NCBI GenBank assembly: GCA_034439575.1
Contig: JAWXAQ010000016.1
Span: 96,001 to 160,000 of the forward strand
Length of the DNA: 64,000 nucleotides
Direction: 5' to 3'
Origin: Leptospira sp.
GTDB taxonomy: Bacteria > Spirochaetota > Leptospiria > Leptospirales > Leptospiraceae
A model generated the notes under the pieces. The model was not told the origin of the DNA. It made no database searches and was given only the letters and a program-made list of their open reading frames with translations. The translations under genes were made by a program, and so were the position numbers. Position 1 is the first letter of the stretch. Each line of letters begins with the position of its first letter. Of this stretch, positions 1-8,871 are shown piece after piece.

Positions 1-1
1 T

Positions 2-481
2 TCTGGCTCGGTTCCAGTCGGAACATCAATTGAATTCTCAGGTAGTACAATTCCTTCGGGATTTCTTGAAGAGGATGGATCTGCCATTAGCAGAAGTACT
101 TATTCAGATTTGTTTGCTGCTATAGGGACAACTTATGGTGTAGGCGATGGATCCACAACTTTCAATATTCCAGACCATCGTGGAAATTCTTCACGAGGCG
201 TTGGAACAAGCTCAGGCTATGTGCAGAATGTAACAATAACTTTAGGTCAGCGCATTGATGACGCATTGCAAGGTCACTTCCATGCACAAAGATATGCAGG
301 AAGATTTTTCTCTGGTTCGGGGCCATACACAACAGATGATTTCGACACTTCTGCTGGAGGAACACCAGCATTCAATAATAGAATTCGTGAAGAAATAACG
401 AATGGAACTGATGGAACTCCGAGAACTGCCAATGAAACACGAGTTAAAACAATTGGTAAGAAATTTGCTATAAAATATTAG
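2..481 (+). CDS. Phage tail fibre / tail-collar domain protein (5' end outside the window)
   Basis: The frame is open from base 2: SGSVPVGTSIEFSGSTIPSGFLEEDGSAISRSTYSDLFAAIGTTYGVGDGSTTFNIPDHRG, a tail-collar motif; C-terminal PRTANETRVK. Confidence 0.9.
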   Translation, partial: SGSVPVGTSIEFSGSTIPSGFLEEDGSAISRSTYSDLFAAIGTTYGVGDGSTTFNIPDHRGNSSRGVGTSSGYVQNVTITLGQRIDDALQGHFHAQRYAGRFFSGSGPYTTDDFDTSAGGTPAFNNRIREEITNGTDGTPRTANETRVKTIGKKFAIKY

Positions 482-488
482 GAAGAAA

Positions 489-1205
489 ATGAAAGCATAT
501 CAAACAGACAATAACGGATATTATATTGGAGAAGTTGATTGCCAAAAATCTCCATTGGAACCTGGAAAATTTCTAATTCCAAGGGGGGCATTCACAGATG
601 AACCACCAGAATTTGGAGAGAATGAAATTCCTTTCAGAGTTGGAGAAAGTTGGGAAATCCGACCAAACTTTTCAGGAAAGATTTACTTTAACAAGGAAAC
701 AAGAGTTCCTAAAATATTTGAAATCGGTGAACTGTTCGATTCCAATTTTACCGATTCCGTTCCAATTGAAAACGAACCTTACCAAAAACATATAAATGGT
801 GAATGGGTTATTGATGAAGATTTGAAACTGGTTTCCAAAAAAGAAATTTTTCATAATAAATTAAAAACCAAATTTGAACAGCTTACAATGGAATATAGAT
901 CAGTTGTAGAAGTTGAGAATATTGAATGGGATTCAGGACAGAAGTATCTTTCCAATATTGATACTTTGATTTCAGTCTATTCTAAAAATCCAAATCAAAT
1001 CGGGATCCCTTTTTGGAGAGATGCTAATAATGATTTTCAAACAGTAACAATTGAACAGCTAACATCAATTAGAAATGAAATCGAAAAAGATATGTTCCAG
1101 GAAGGAGTGAGACTCTACGAAATCAAATGGATAAAAGAAAATGAAATTCAAAATTTAGAATTAGCAGATTTGGATTCATACGACATTTCGGAAGGTTGGG
1201 ATTAA
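489..1205 (+). CDS. Phage tail fibre assembly protein with a DUF4376-like C-terminus
   Basis: N-terminal YQTDNNGYYIG..SPLEPGKFLIP..FTDEPP (Tfa-like) and C-terminal WDSG..WRDANN; directly follows the tail-collar gene. Confidence 0.8.
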   Translation: MKAYQTDNNGYYIGEVDCQKSPLEPGKFLIPRGAFTDEPPEFGENEIPFRVGESWEIRPNFSGKIYFNKETRVPKIFEIGELFDSNFTDSVPIENEPYQKHINGEWVIDEDLKLVSKKEIFHNKLKTKFEQLTMEYRSVVEVENIEWDSGQKYLSNIDTLISVYSKNPNQIGIPFWRDANNDFQTVTIEQLTSIRNEIEKDMFQEGVRLYEIKWIKENEIQNLELADLDSYDISEGWD

Positions 1206-1206
1206 T

Positions 1207-1902
1207 ATGGAAAATTTAACTTTCTGGTCATTAATTCATAAGCATTGGGAATCAGTGATTTTTATTGTGATTCCTTTATGTTTTATTCTTCTCGGTGTTC
1301 TTCTATCTATTTTGCTTTGGATAATACGTGTTTATCGAATATCTGTAGCACTAAGTGGTTTCAAAATTTCTCCATCCAAACACGATCCTAAATATTTGGT
1401 TCGAATGTCGAAACAAGACCAATTTATTTATTCGACACTTGGAAAATTAAATCAGTTCTATAACGCCAATGTATCCGCAATTTTCCAATTTCACAATGGT
1501 GGAGAATTCAAAAATCAGAACTCGATTCTAAAATGGACACTCACTCATGATAACCCCGAACCAGGAAATGTTAGCTTCCACCTAAAGGAAATTAAATGGA
1601 CGAATGTTCTAGTATCTCAAGCGAATGAATGGATTGGGGTAACGCTGCTTAAGAAACTGTGGTTCTGCGATTTCGATTCACTTCCTGAAAATTCAAATTG
1701 GAGAAGGTATTTCGTGAGTGCTGACTTGCGTTCCGGTCTTTTCTATTTAGTTGAGGGGGAATACGGTCCTGAATTCGTCCTTGCCGTTTTCTGGGATAGT
1801 ATCTCGGACACCGAACACACTATGAATTCAATTAAAGAGTATGGTGATGCCATCGCTTCACTCTTGCGAGACGTTAAATTTCTTACGGAGGAAAACGAAT
1901 AA
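1207..1902 (+). CDS. Putative holin: one N-terminal TM segment plus a GAF-like soluble domain
   Basis: Hydrophobic VIFIVIPLCFILLGVLLSILLWII, then IFQFHNGG..KWTLTHD; first gene after the tail genes. Confidence 0.5.
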   Translation: MENLTFWSLIHKHWESVIFIVIPLCFILLGVLLSILLWIIRVYRISVALSGFKISPSKHDPKYLVRMSKQDQFIYSTLGKLNQFYNANVSAIFQFHNGGEFKNQNSILKWTLTHDNPEPGNVSFHLKEIKWTNVLVSQANEWIGVTLLKKLWFCDFDSLPENSNWRRYFVSADLRSGLFYLVEGEYGPEFVLAVFWDSISDTEHTMNSIKEYGDAIASLLRDVKFLTEENE

Positions 1903-2579
1903 TGTTAATTGGTAAAATTGAAGCTAAAATTATTGCACCAGATAATCCACAGCGAACGGATCAAGCATGGGAATGGGAAGCTATTCCAACACCAGAGCAG
2001 AAAAAAAAGTTAAATGGTGAACCTTTCCTTATTAAGTTAGGACCGAATTCTCAGTGTGTCGGCAATACTCATCAAGACTTGCTCTATGGAGTTGCCAAAG
2101 AGTTCCCAGCAAAGATCGGTCTTTTGGCAACTGAAGATACTTATGAATATTACACTTGGATCAATTCATATCTTTATCATTTAGGTAAGCCGTATGATGC
2201 CAGCCACTTGAAATACTTCCAGGTGCACGTTGATTATTTTAACCATGTTTTTAAAATTCACGGAATCCCTGTTAAAGCTAAAGGTATCGAGATTCCAAAG
2301 AAAGAACAAACTTTGGAAACCGTCAAGTTTTGGATCGAAGAAACAAAACGCCAAGTTGGACTCGGGACTTTTCTAACAGGCTCCGGAGGTCACTGGATGC
2401 GCGGTGACACTATTGAAGTGCATGATGATCACATGGGGCTAGGTGGAAACGACCCATTCGGCACAAGTCCTTATAAATCAAAGACACAGAAAACAAGAGT
2501 TAGAGTAGTTTATAAGGATAAATTCCTAGAATCAAAAACGATTCGAAGAATTACAGTTTTAGAAGATCACAAATGGTAG
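1902..2579 (+). CDS. Papain-fold (C39-like) cysteine peptidase, candidate endolysin
   Basis: Motifs NSQCVG, GGHWM and GNDPFG give a Cys-His-Asp order; 1-bp overlap with the upstream gene. Confidence 0.55.
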   Translation: MLIGKIEAKIIAPDNPQRTDQAWEWEAIPTPEQKKKLNGEPFLIKLGPNSQCVGNTHQDLLYGVAKEFPAKIGLLATEDTYEYYTWINSYLYHLGKPYDASHLKYFQVHVDYFNHVFKIHGIPVKAKGIEIPKKEQTLETVKFWIEETKRQVGLGTFLTGSGGHWMRGDTIEVHDDHMGLGGNDPFGTSPYKSKTQKTRVRVVYKDKFLESKTIRRITVLEDHKW

Positions 2580-2586
2580 GTTAAAT

Positions 2587-3015
2587 ATGGAAGAGATTTT
2601 TATAGAAGTTTTAAGGGGAGTATTCGCATGGGCTGGCGAAACGTTTCGTTCTTACGTTCGGCTCGGTTATATCCTATTTATTTTCGCTGTCTGTATTTAC
2701 AGATTTGAATTCAGTGATTTAAGAGATTTTTACCGAGATAAGGAAAATAAAAAGTATAGCAGAAGCCGCTTTACTCTATTTGTTTCCTTCCTAGCTGGTA
2801 TAATTTTCGTTACGTTAGATTATCTAAATATCCCTGAAGGAATTCACAAAAAGGAAATCATTAAGATTATGATAGTTTCTCATATTGCGCACTTTATTTC
2901 GTTCGTAGTATTGAAATTTTCTTATGATTACCTAATTAAATTTATAATGTCGGGGACATTGTTTAAAATTATTTTCAGGAGGTCATTAGATGAGCCTGTT
3001 GAACCTACTCAATAA
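2587..3015 (+). CDS. Phage multi-pass membrane protein (holin/antiholin candidate)
   Basis: 142 aa with about three hydrophobic segments, inside the lysis-like cluster. Confidence 0.5.
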   Translation: MEEIFIEVLRGVFAWAGETFRSYVRLGYILFIFAVCIYRFEFSDLRDFYRDKENKKYSRSRFTLFVSFLAGIIFVTLDYLNIPEGIHKKEIIKIMIVSHIAHFISFVVLKFSYDYLIKFIMSGTLFKIIFRRSLDEPVEPTQ

Positions 3016-3214
3016 CCTAACAGATTCAGGAAAGAAAGCGTTCTATATTGCGATTTTTATATTAATAATAATCTGCATCCTGTATTTATTTTCGGCAGAA
3101 ATTTCCAAAGGATGGAAGAGGGCATATGATGAATTTAGCAAAACTAATTTTAGTGATGAGTCTGAGTATGATTCAAATTGCGTGCCAGAGCCAGGCGAAC
3201 CTTGCAAGGAATAA
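2990..3214 (+). CDS. Putative inner-membrane spanin (Rz-like)
   Basis: One N-terminal TM (FYIAIFILIIICILYLF) and a C-terminal CVPEPGEPC; overlapped by a lipoprotein gene in another frame. Confidence 0.45.
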   Translation: MSLLNLLNNLTDSGKKAFYIAIFILIIICILYLFSAEISKGWKRAYDEFSKTNFSDESEYDSNCVPEPGEPCKE

Positions 3215-3539
3215 CCTAGCGGTTGTTTGTTCTGGATCATTTGAGTCAACAAACCGCACAATGCAGCTTCCTCCAGAGGCGAAAGTTCTAGAATCGGAAA
3301 GAAAGAAGTTCGGGTCTTCCGTTTTTGTCCCAGCTAGCAGATATAATGCTTTGCTTCGACACGCAAAGGAACTTGCTGAATGTGGGAAGGGTAGTCAGTG
3401 CTTGATTGAACATACCGAATACGAGCGAGATTGTGAAGCCGAATGGGCTGAAAGTCTGGAATCTAGTTTTATTCCAGGGTTTCTTCGCTTTCGTTCTTCA
3501 TGCAAGATACCTAAACCTCAATGCGAAATAGATATCTAA
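3126..3539 (+). CDS. Cys-rich lipoprotein, putative outer-membrane spanin (Rz1-like)
   Basis: Signal peptide and lipobox LILVMSLSMIQIA-C; start lies inside the upstream gene. Confidence 0.5.
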   Translation: MMNLAKLILVMSLSMIQIACQSQANLARNNLAVVCSGSFESTNRTMQLPPEAKVLESERKKFGSSVFVPASRYNALLRHAKELAECGKGSQCLIEHTEYERDCEAEWAESLESSFIPGFLRFRSSCKIPKPQCEIDI

Positions 3540-3543
3540 TTTT

Positions 3544-3786
3544 ATGCTTAAAGAGAGAAAAGTTAGAGCTGTAAATATCGGAAGGGAAGAGGTTTTTTAT
3601 TTCTATTTAGATATGGAAATCCCTTTCCTTGGAAAATTCGAAATTAAACTCAGCAATCCAGACATTAGGCGTTACGCAGTTACCCACCTTGACGAAGACA
3701 AAAGCCTAATCATGCGTTTTAATACATATGAAGAGGCAGAAAATTGGTGTGGTGAGATGGGCTATGAAGTTGACGATAGATGGTGA
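3544..3786 (+). CDS. Hypothetical phage protein
   Basis: 80-aa ORF 4 bp after the previous gene, same strand. Confidence 0.55.
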   Translation: MLKERKVRAVNIGREEVFYFYLDMEIPFLGKFEIKLSNPDIRRYAVTHLDEDKSLIMRFNTYEEAENWCGEMGYEVDDRW

Positions 3787-3792
3787 TTGATT

Positions 3793-5172
3793 TTATTTAA
3801 TTAAATTTGTTGGATCTGTATTTAAAATCCATTCTACAAAATGCCATTTGCCTTTTTTATTGAGTGCTTTCACCTGGACAACAGTCTGATATCGTTTGCG
3901 AATCTCTTCATCTAATTCTTTCGTATGAAGAATGGATATGATTTCGCCTTCAGAAGTACTAATTTTGAATTTATGATCTGGTTTAGTTAACCATCCAGAA
4001 GGTTCACCTAATTCGCCTATGAATACCGCCTCTTTCCCTTCTTCTTCATTATAATTCTCCAAGTATGCTTTAACCATGGACATTTTCCTTCTATCTTCTG
4101 GTTTCAAGGTTATTGAAACACTTGATTTAGGTAATGAAACTGTAATACTTTCTATGCCATCTTCAGGAATAGGGGATAAAGATTGAAGGCTAGCTGCAAT
4201 TTTTGATGCCAAGCTAAAATCAGCTTTAATTGAATCTATAAAATCTCCTGCCTTATCTTTAGCTTCAATTCGTTTTTTTGAATATAAATGTTTAACTGAA
4301 TTTAAACTCGTCTCTAAACGTTCCTCAAATATACTATTATCTTTTTGAGCTTGATTCTCTTCAAAATCAACTAACAAAACAGTGCTACTTGTCCCAACTC
4401 CGATAAGCATAGCCGTTGGTTCAATTGTAGAATCAAGTGAATTCAGCTTGCTCTTAATTATATCTGAAATATTTTGAAATACTCGAGATAATGTTGAAAT
4501 TTTAACTTTGCCTTTGCTAATTCCAACAGTTGGTAATTCTATTGACAGAGAATGCGATTGTTTTTGTTGCTTTGCAAATCCAGATTCTTCATCATATTTT
4601 CTTTGTAATTTTTCTGCCAGACGGACATTTTCTTCCATTTCTCTTTTTCTTAAACTAGGAAATTTAACATATAGGGGTTCCATTCTTGCAAGATGCTCTC
4701 TAATCGCAAATAGAGTCTCAGCAGTCGAAAATTCTTTTCCTAAATCTAAGCTTCCCCAATCTGTCATTTCATTAACCTCTATTGCATCCCCTTCTAGTTC
4801 GAATACTGGCTCGCAAAGAGTGGATTCTTTTGCTTTTCGAAAAGCTAGAATTACAGAATTTCTGTCATTTTCTAATATCAAACTATTCCAGTAAATGCTT
4901 CTCGATTGCTTACCTAAAAATCCTTCTTCATTTTTTTCGAATTCAGTAATATTTTTAAAAACTGGACTAAGATATAAAAATTTAGCCTCATCTCTATTGT
5001 TTCTATACCAGAAAATAAATACTGATATTGCTCCTTTCTTTTTCCATACCTCGAAATGAGCTAAAACTAATCTCTGAAAACTTAACCCAAGCTTAATTTC
5101 ATTGGAATAAACAATAAAGCTCTTTCGATTTAAAGTTTTGACCTCTAAGCCATGGATAAAATTTAGTTGCAT
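3793..5172 (-). CDS. Hypothetical accessory protein (459 aa)
   Basis: Long ORF co-oriented with and 47 bp downstream of the ParB-domain gene; no family recognised. Confidence 0.7.
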   Translation of the reverse strand: MQLNFIHGLEVKTLNRKSFIVYSNEIKLGLSFQRLVLAHFEVWKKKGAISVFIFWYRNNRDEAKFLYLSPVFKNITEFEKNEEGFLGKQSRSIYWNSLILENDRNSVILAFRKAKESTLCEPVFELEGDAIEVNEMTDWGSLDLGKEFSTAETLFAIREHLARMEPLYVKFPSLRKREMEENVRLAEKLQRKYDEESGFAKQQKQSHSLSIELPTVGISKGKVKISTLSRVFQNISDIIKSKLNSLDSTIEPTAMLIGVGTSSTVLLVDFEENQAQKDNSIFEERLETSLNSVKHLYSKKRIEAKDKAGDFIDSIKADFSLASKIAASLQSLSPIPEDGIESITVSLPKSSVSITLKPEDRRKMSMVKAYLENYNEEEGKEAVFIGELGEPSGWLTKPDHKFKISTSEGEIISILHTKELDEEIRKRYQTVVQVKALNKKGKWHFVEWILNTDPTNLIK

Positions 5173-5219
5173 ATGGTAAATAATTTCGACACTTTAACGC
5201 CCATTACTTTAGGAAAATA

Positions 5220-6095
5220 TTAGCTTTCTCCAATATACTCATCCAATCCTTTAATTTTTTTCAATACCTGGAACTCAGATCTTTTAGATTTAAGGGCAAT
5301 TTTTGCGTATAACTCGGGACCACCTTTAGGAAATCCTTTCGCAAAATCAGCTATTTCTTTCTTCGCATTCTCTTCTCGTTTGATGAACTTTTTGAGCTCG
5401 TCCTCTTTTTCCTTTTCGATTTTTCTCAAGATATTCACTCTTTCCCACCAGGAAAGGATTTGCTTGTTATAAGATTGAATTTGATCATCTGTTAGTTCAG
5501 GATATTTCTCGTTCTTATTCGCTTTTTTAATCGCTTCTAGATCACGATCTATTTGATAAAGAGTCCATTGCGGTATTGCCTCATGTATCACGTGTCTGAT
5601 GGCTTTTCGCAAGTTTCGAGGATCCGTTTCAGCTTTACCTGAGGTATAGTCTCCACCTTTGTAGTTTTTGATTAAAGCTGGAATTCCCCATTCCCGAATC
5701 ATTATCTCTTGGCGTTCTTCTGGCCAATAACGTTGATTAGTATCGTTGTCTCCATAGATTGCCTCGCGGTAAGTTGAATCATAATCAGATTCTAAGAAGA
5801 CAACTGGAACCATGAAATTTTTTGGAAGCTTTTTCTTTTTAATCCCTTCGATAACAGCCGTCCATCGACGTCTTCCTCTTAGGATAAGTAGTTTGCCCGA
5901 TTTCTTGTCTTTGTATACTAATAATGGTTTATCGCCCCAGATTCCATTTTTCCAAACTGATTCGCAGAACGACCGCCATTCTTCCTTTTGTTCTGGCGTA
6001 CGAGGGGGGCGAGCTGCATTCTTTGGATCTGGTCTAAGAGATATTGCTTTCTTTTGGGTAACAACGGAGGAAATTTTTAACTTAGAATTACTCAT
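5220..6095 (-). CDS. ParB/Srx N-terminal domain protein
   Basis: LRPDPKNA.R ... SVWKNGI..PLLV ... ILRGRRRWTA (GxRR arginine patch). Confidence 0.75.
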   Translation of the reverse strand: MSNSKLKISSVVTQKKAISLRPDPKNAARPPRTPEQKEEWRSFCESVWKNGIWGDKPLLVYKDKKSGKLLILRGRRRWTAVIEGIKKKKLPKNFMVPVVFLESDYDSTYREAIYGDNDTNQRYWPEERQEIMIREWGIPALIKNYKGGDYTSGKAETDPRNLRKAIRHVIHEAIPQWTLYQIDRDLEAIKKANKNEKYPELTDDQIQSYNKQILSWWERVNILRKIEKEKEDELKKFIKREENAKKEIADFAKGFPKGGPELYAKIALKSKRSEFQVLKKIKGLDEYIGES

Positions 6096-6114
6096 CTTAG
6101 CCTAAATATCGGAA

Positions 6115-6154
6115 TCATCTTCTAAATTCAATACGATTCGAATTCAGAAGATGA
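6115..6154. promoter_or_regulatory. 15-bp inverted repeat upstream of the ParB-domain gene
   Basis: TCATCTTCTAAATTC-N10-GAATTCAGAAGATGA, one mismatch. Confidence 0.5.
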
Positions 6155-6200
6155 GACATAACGATCTGCTAGTCTTCTTTTGATTTGATTCTAACGCGAA

Positions 6201-6443
6201 TTAAGGCATTCCATATTGAACCCATTCTTCCATAGATTGAATCATCACCCTAAGGGAAGCAATGCGGTATTTTATCTTCAAACGAAGATCAGAAAGAACC
6301 AAGGACGGAAACGGCTTGATAATGAACAAACGTCTTTTGCCACTTGGGAAATGCCGAAATCGAAATTCGCTGTTATTGATTTGTATCACCATGAAGGTTT
6401 CACCCTTAATGATGATTAGGTTATTTGTTAGATTCGTATACAT
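6201..6443 (-). CDS. Hypothetical small protein
   Basis: 80-aa ORF with a GGAG-like RBS upstream on the minus strand; start uncertain. Confidence 0.4.
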   Translation of the reverse strand: MYTNLTNNLIIIKGETFMVIQINNSEFRFRHFPSGKRRLFIIKPFPSLVLSDLRLKIKYRIASLRVMIQSMEEWVQYGMP

Positions 6444-6547
6444 AGATTTGTATCTCCTTTACTTAAATTAGTAGGAGGTTTTGAACCTGTTTTCAGGTAA
6501 TTTGAGACAAAATTTCATTTTAAATTGAAATTTCCCGATAAACTAAC

Positions 6548-6823
6548 ATGAATCAAAAAAAATATGCGAACCAAACCGATGAAGACCAATTTGTTCTTAC
6601 AAATGATGCAGAAGAATACATAAAATATCGAGACATCCCTTTGTGCCAGGTATGCAATCGACTAATCTCTGATATTCAAATGTTTCGGGGAACAGGAAAA
6701 CAAGGAATTTGGTTGGATAAGGTATTTTTCCCATTTATAATTTTCGAATTCACTTGTCATGGTTCATCATTAAAATTTAAAACGTTTGGTGGAGACATTG
6801 CCAAGGTGGAAGAATCAATATGA
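6548..6823 (+). CDS. Small putative Zn-binding protein
   Basis: PLCQVCN ... FTCHG; ATGA overlap with the SIR2-like gene. Confidence 0.55.
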   Translation: MNQKKYANQTDEDQFVLTNDAEEYIKYRDIPLCQVCNRLISDIQMFRGTGKQGIWLDKVFFPFIIFEFTCHGSSLKFKTFGGDIAKVEESI

Positions 6824-7833
6824 AAACTCTATACTTGTTTGGTGCAGGTGCTAGTGCAGATGCAGTTCCAGTTGTCGGAGGTATAACTTTTTTCTGGGAT
6901 AAGTATTTCAAAAAGGAAACAGCAAAATTTCATAAAAGCGTGTATAAAAAAATTGATTCGCCTTTATTAGAAGATATAGACAAATTAATTGATGAGACTA
7001 AAGACTTCGGAACTCCAGATGTTTATGCAAAGTCAGTAGCTCTATCAAAAGGAATTTTTTCAAAAGAATATCGAATTGTTAAGACAGCTTTAAATTACTT
7101 TATAATATTATGCTATCTAGTAAATGAAATAGATAAAAGATATTTTTCTTTTTTTTCCGCACTTGTAGATTCAGAAAATAAAAATTCACACATATTGCAT
7201 AAAGATGTATTTATCGCAACTTGGAATTATGACTTTCAAATAACAAAATCCATTTCTATTTTGTTGAACAAAAATTTAACTGATATAAATCATTTGCTAT
7301 ATAATAAGTTATTTAGAATAAATGGTTACGCTGGTTCTTTGAGAGGAACCGTAGATAACAGAGAAAGTTTTCGTCTAACACAACCTGAAAATGAAAACGA
7401 TAATTATATTTTTAGATCAAGTTTTCCAGCAAGCATAGTTAAGGATATTAATGATTCATATGCTCGCATAATGGAAGATAAAAATTTAATATATCACAAC
7501 ATTTCCTTTGCCTGGGAACCACTAAATTTTAATTTAGAGAGACAACAGATTTTTCCTTTTCTAGATCAAATTAAAGTTTTAGTTGTAATAGGTTACTCTT
7601 TCCCAACCTTTAATAGATTTATTGATAAAGAATTAATCTCCAAGATGATAAATCTTGAAAAAATTTACATTCAAGATCCGAGTGATAGTATTGAAAACAG
7701 AATTATTCCATTCCTTGATATAAGAATGCCAGTCTATAAAATATCCAGGGATTCAGAACAGAAAAGTTATTACGATATTGAACATATAAAACACCCTGAC
7801 CAATTCTTTATCCCTCCAGAACTCGACCAGTAG
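6820..7833 (+). CDS. SIR2-like (SIR2_2/AbiH-type) protein, probable anti-phage effector
   Basis: Motifs LFGAGAS, TWNYD and VVIGYSF..D. Confidence 0.8.
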   Translation: MKTLYLFGAGASADAVPVVGGITFFWDKYFKKETAKFHKSVYKKIDSPLLEDIDKLIDETKDFGTPDVYAKSVALSKGIFSKEYRIVKTALNYFIILCYLVNEIDKRYFSFFSALVDSENKNSHILHKDVFIATWNYDFQITKSISILLNKNLTDINHLLYNKLFRINGYAGSLRGTVDNRESFRLTQPENENDNYIFRSSFPASIVKDINDSYARIMEDKNLIYHNISFAWEPLNFNLERQQIFPFLDQIKVLVVIGYSFPTFNRFIDKELISKMINLEKIYIQDPSDSIENRIIPFLDIRMPVYKISRDSEQKSYYDIEHIKHPDQFFIPPELDQ

Positions 7834-7848
7834 AAAATCTTTGCCCTC

Positions 7849-7968
7849 CAATATCTCTAGCTAGAGTGCGACTTTGAGGGCTTCCCAATATCGCGTACAT
7901 GCACGCGACATGCCAGCTCCAATATCGCTAGCTGGAACGCGATTTCAATATCGCTAGTTAGAGTGCGA
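7849..7968. repeat. Array of four 23-bp quasi-palindromic repeats, CAATATCGC-N10-GCGA
   Basis: Copies start at 7849, 7886, 7920 and 7946. Confidence 0.85.
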
Positions 7969-8132
7969 TATTATATAGAAAAGAACAATGAAAGGTACAA
8001 CCTTAGTGAAAAAAGAAGAGAAGATCGCTGAATGCGATAATATAGAATTCTAGTATAAAATTCGAATTAACTAGGAAAATTGAGATTGCCGAATGTATTG
8101 ATTAAGTCGAATAGTATAGAAGAGTTAAAAAT

Positions 8133-8858
8133 ATGACAATTCCAGAAGCAGAAAGGAAATCTAAGTATATTTTAGATAATTATTTATTTTCTATTTTTGC
8201 AAGAAAGGATGATTTTACAATTCATAGCCATAGACGTGAAATGCTAAAAATTGTAAATTCTGGTAAGGCGACTCCTGATGATTGGTATGCCCTTGCTATT
8301 TTAGAATTCAATTTAGGTAACTATTCTGAGTCGATGAAAACCTTGAAAGGTTTATCTACTGTATCACCAGAGTTCCGAAATATCTATGCTTATGCTCAAC
8401 TAACGCTTGTTCAAAATTCAATTTCTATTTCCAAAAGTGAATCTGCAATTTTGAATGAATTCTTTACAGGGACAAATTTAATTAAGCCAGATAAATTACT
8501 TTATCAAATGATAAAGAATTCTATTCAATCTAACAATTCTCGGTTTGGTTTGAAAAAAGATATTATTATCAAAGTTGAATATTTCAATCCTAAGAATTTT
8601 AAATTAACGTCTGGTCCATTTGAATTTTCTGAAAATATCGAACCGTCAAATGAATTGGATCATGGATCAAACATTGGAAGTGTATTTGATTTGAATCTTC
8701 AAATCTATATACTAAACAATGGATTAGAAGAAAAACATAGAAAGTTTTTAATTGATTATTTGGACGAAAATGAAATTGATCAACTAATTACCGAAAATAC
8801 AGCAGAAGATTTAAAAACAGAACGTGACTATTCTGAATATACTCTATTGAATATTTGA
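8133..8858 (+). CDS. TPR-like repeat hypothetical protein
   Basis: PDDWYALAILEFNLGNYSESMKTLK..SPE fits a TPR helix-pair consensus. Confidence 0.55.
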   Translation: MTIPEAERKSKYILDNYLFSIFARKDDFTIHSHRREMLKIVNSGKATPDDWYALAILEFNLGNYSESMKTLKGLSTVSPEFRNIYAYAQLTLVQNSISISKSESAILNEFFTGTNLIKPDKLLYQMIKNSIQSNNSRFGLKKDIIIKVEYFNPKNFKLTSGPFEFSENIEPSNELDHGSNIGSVFDLNLQIYILNNGLEEKHRKFLIDYLDENEIDQLITENTAEDLKTERDYSEYTLLNI

Positions 8859-8871
8859 TAAGTATTTTTCG

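Noticed and set aside
2-481. Diversity-generating retroelement target in the tail fibre
   Set aside because: No template repeat or reverse transcriptase is visible in the window
4508-4894. Antisense ORFs such as 4508-4894, 18036-18500, 36158-36550 and 62635-63129
   Set aside because: Shadow frames opposite well-supported genes, with no recognisable motifs
7849-7968. CRISPR mini-array
   Set aside because: Gaps between repeats are only 3-14 bp, variation is inside the repeats, and no cas genes are present
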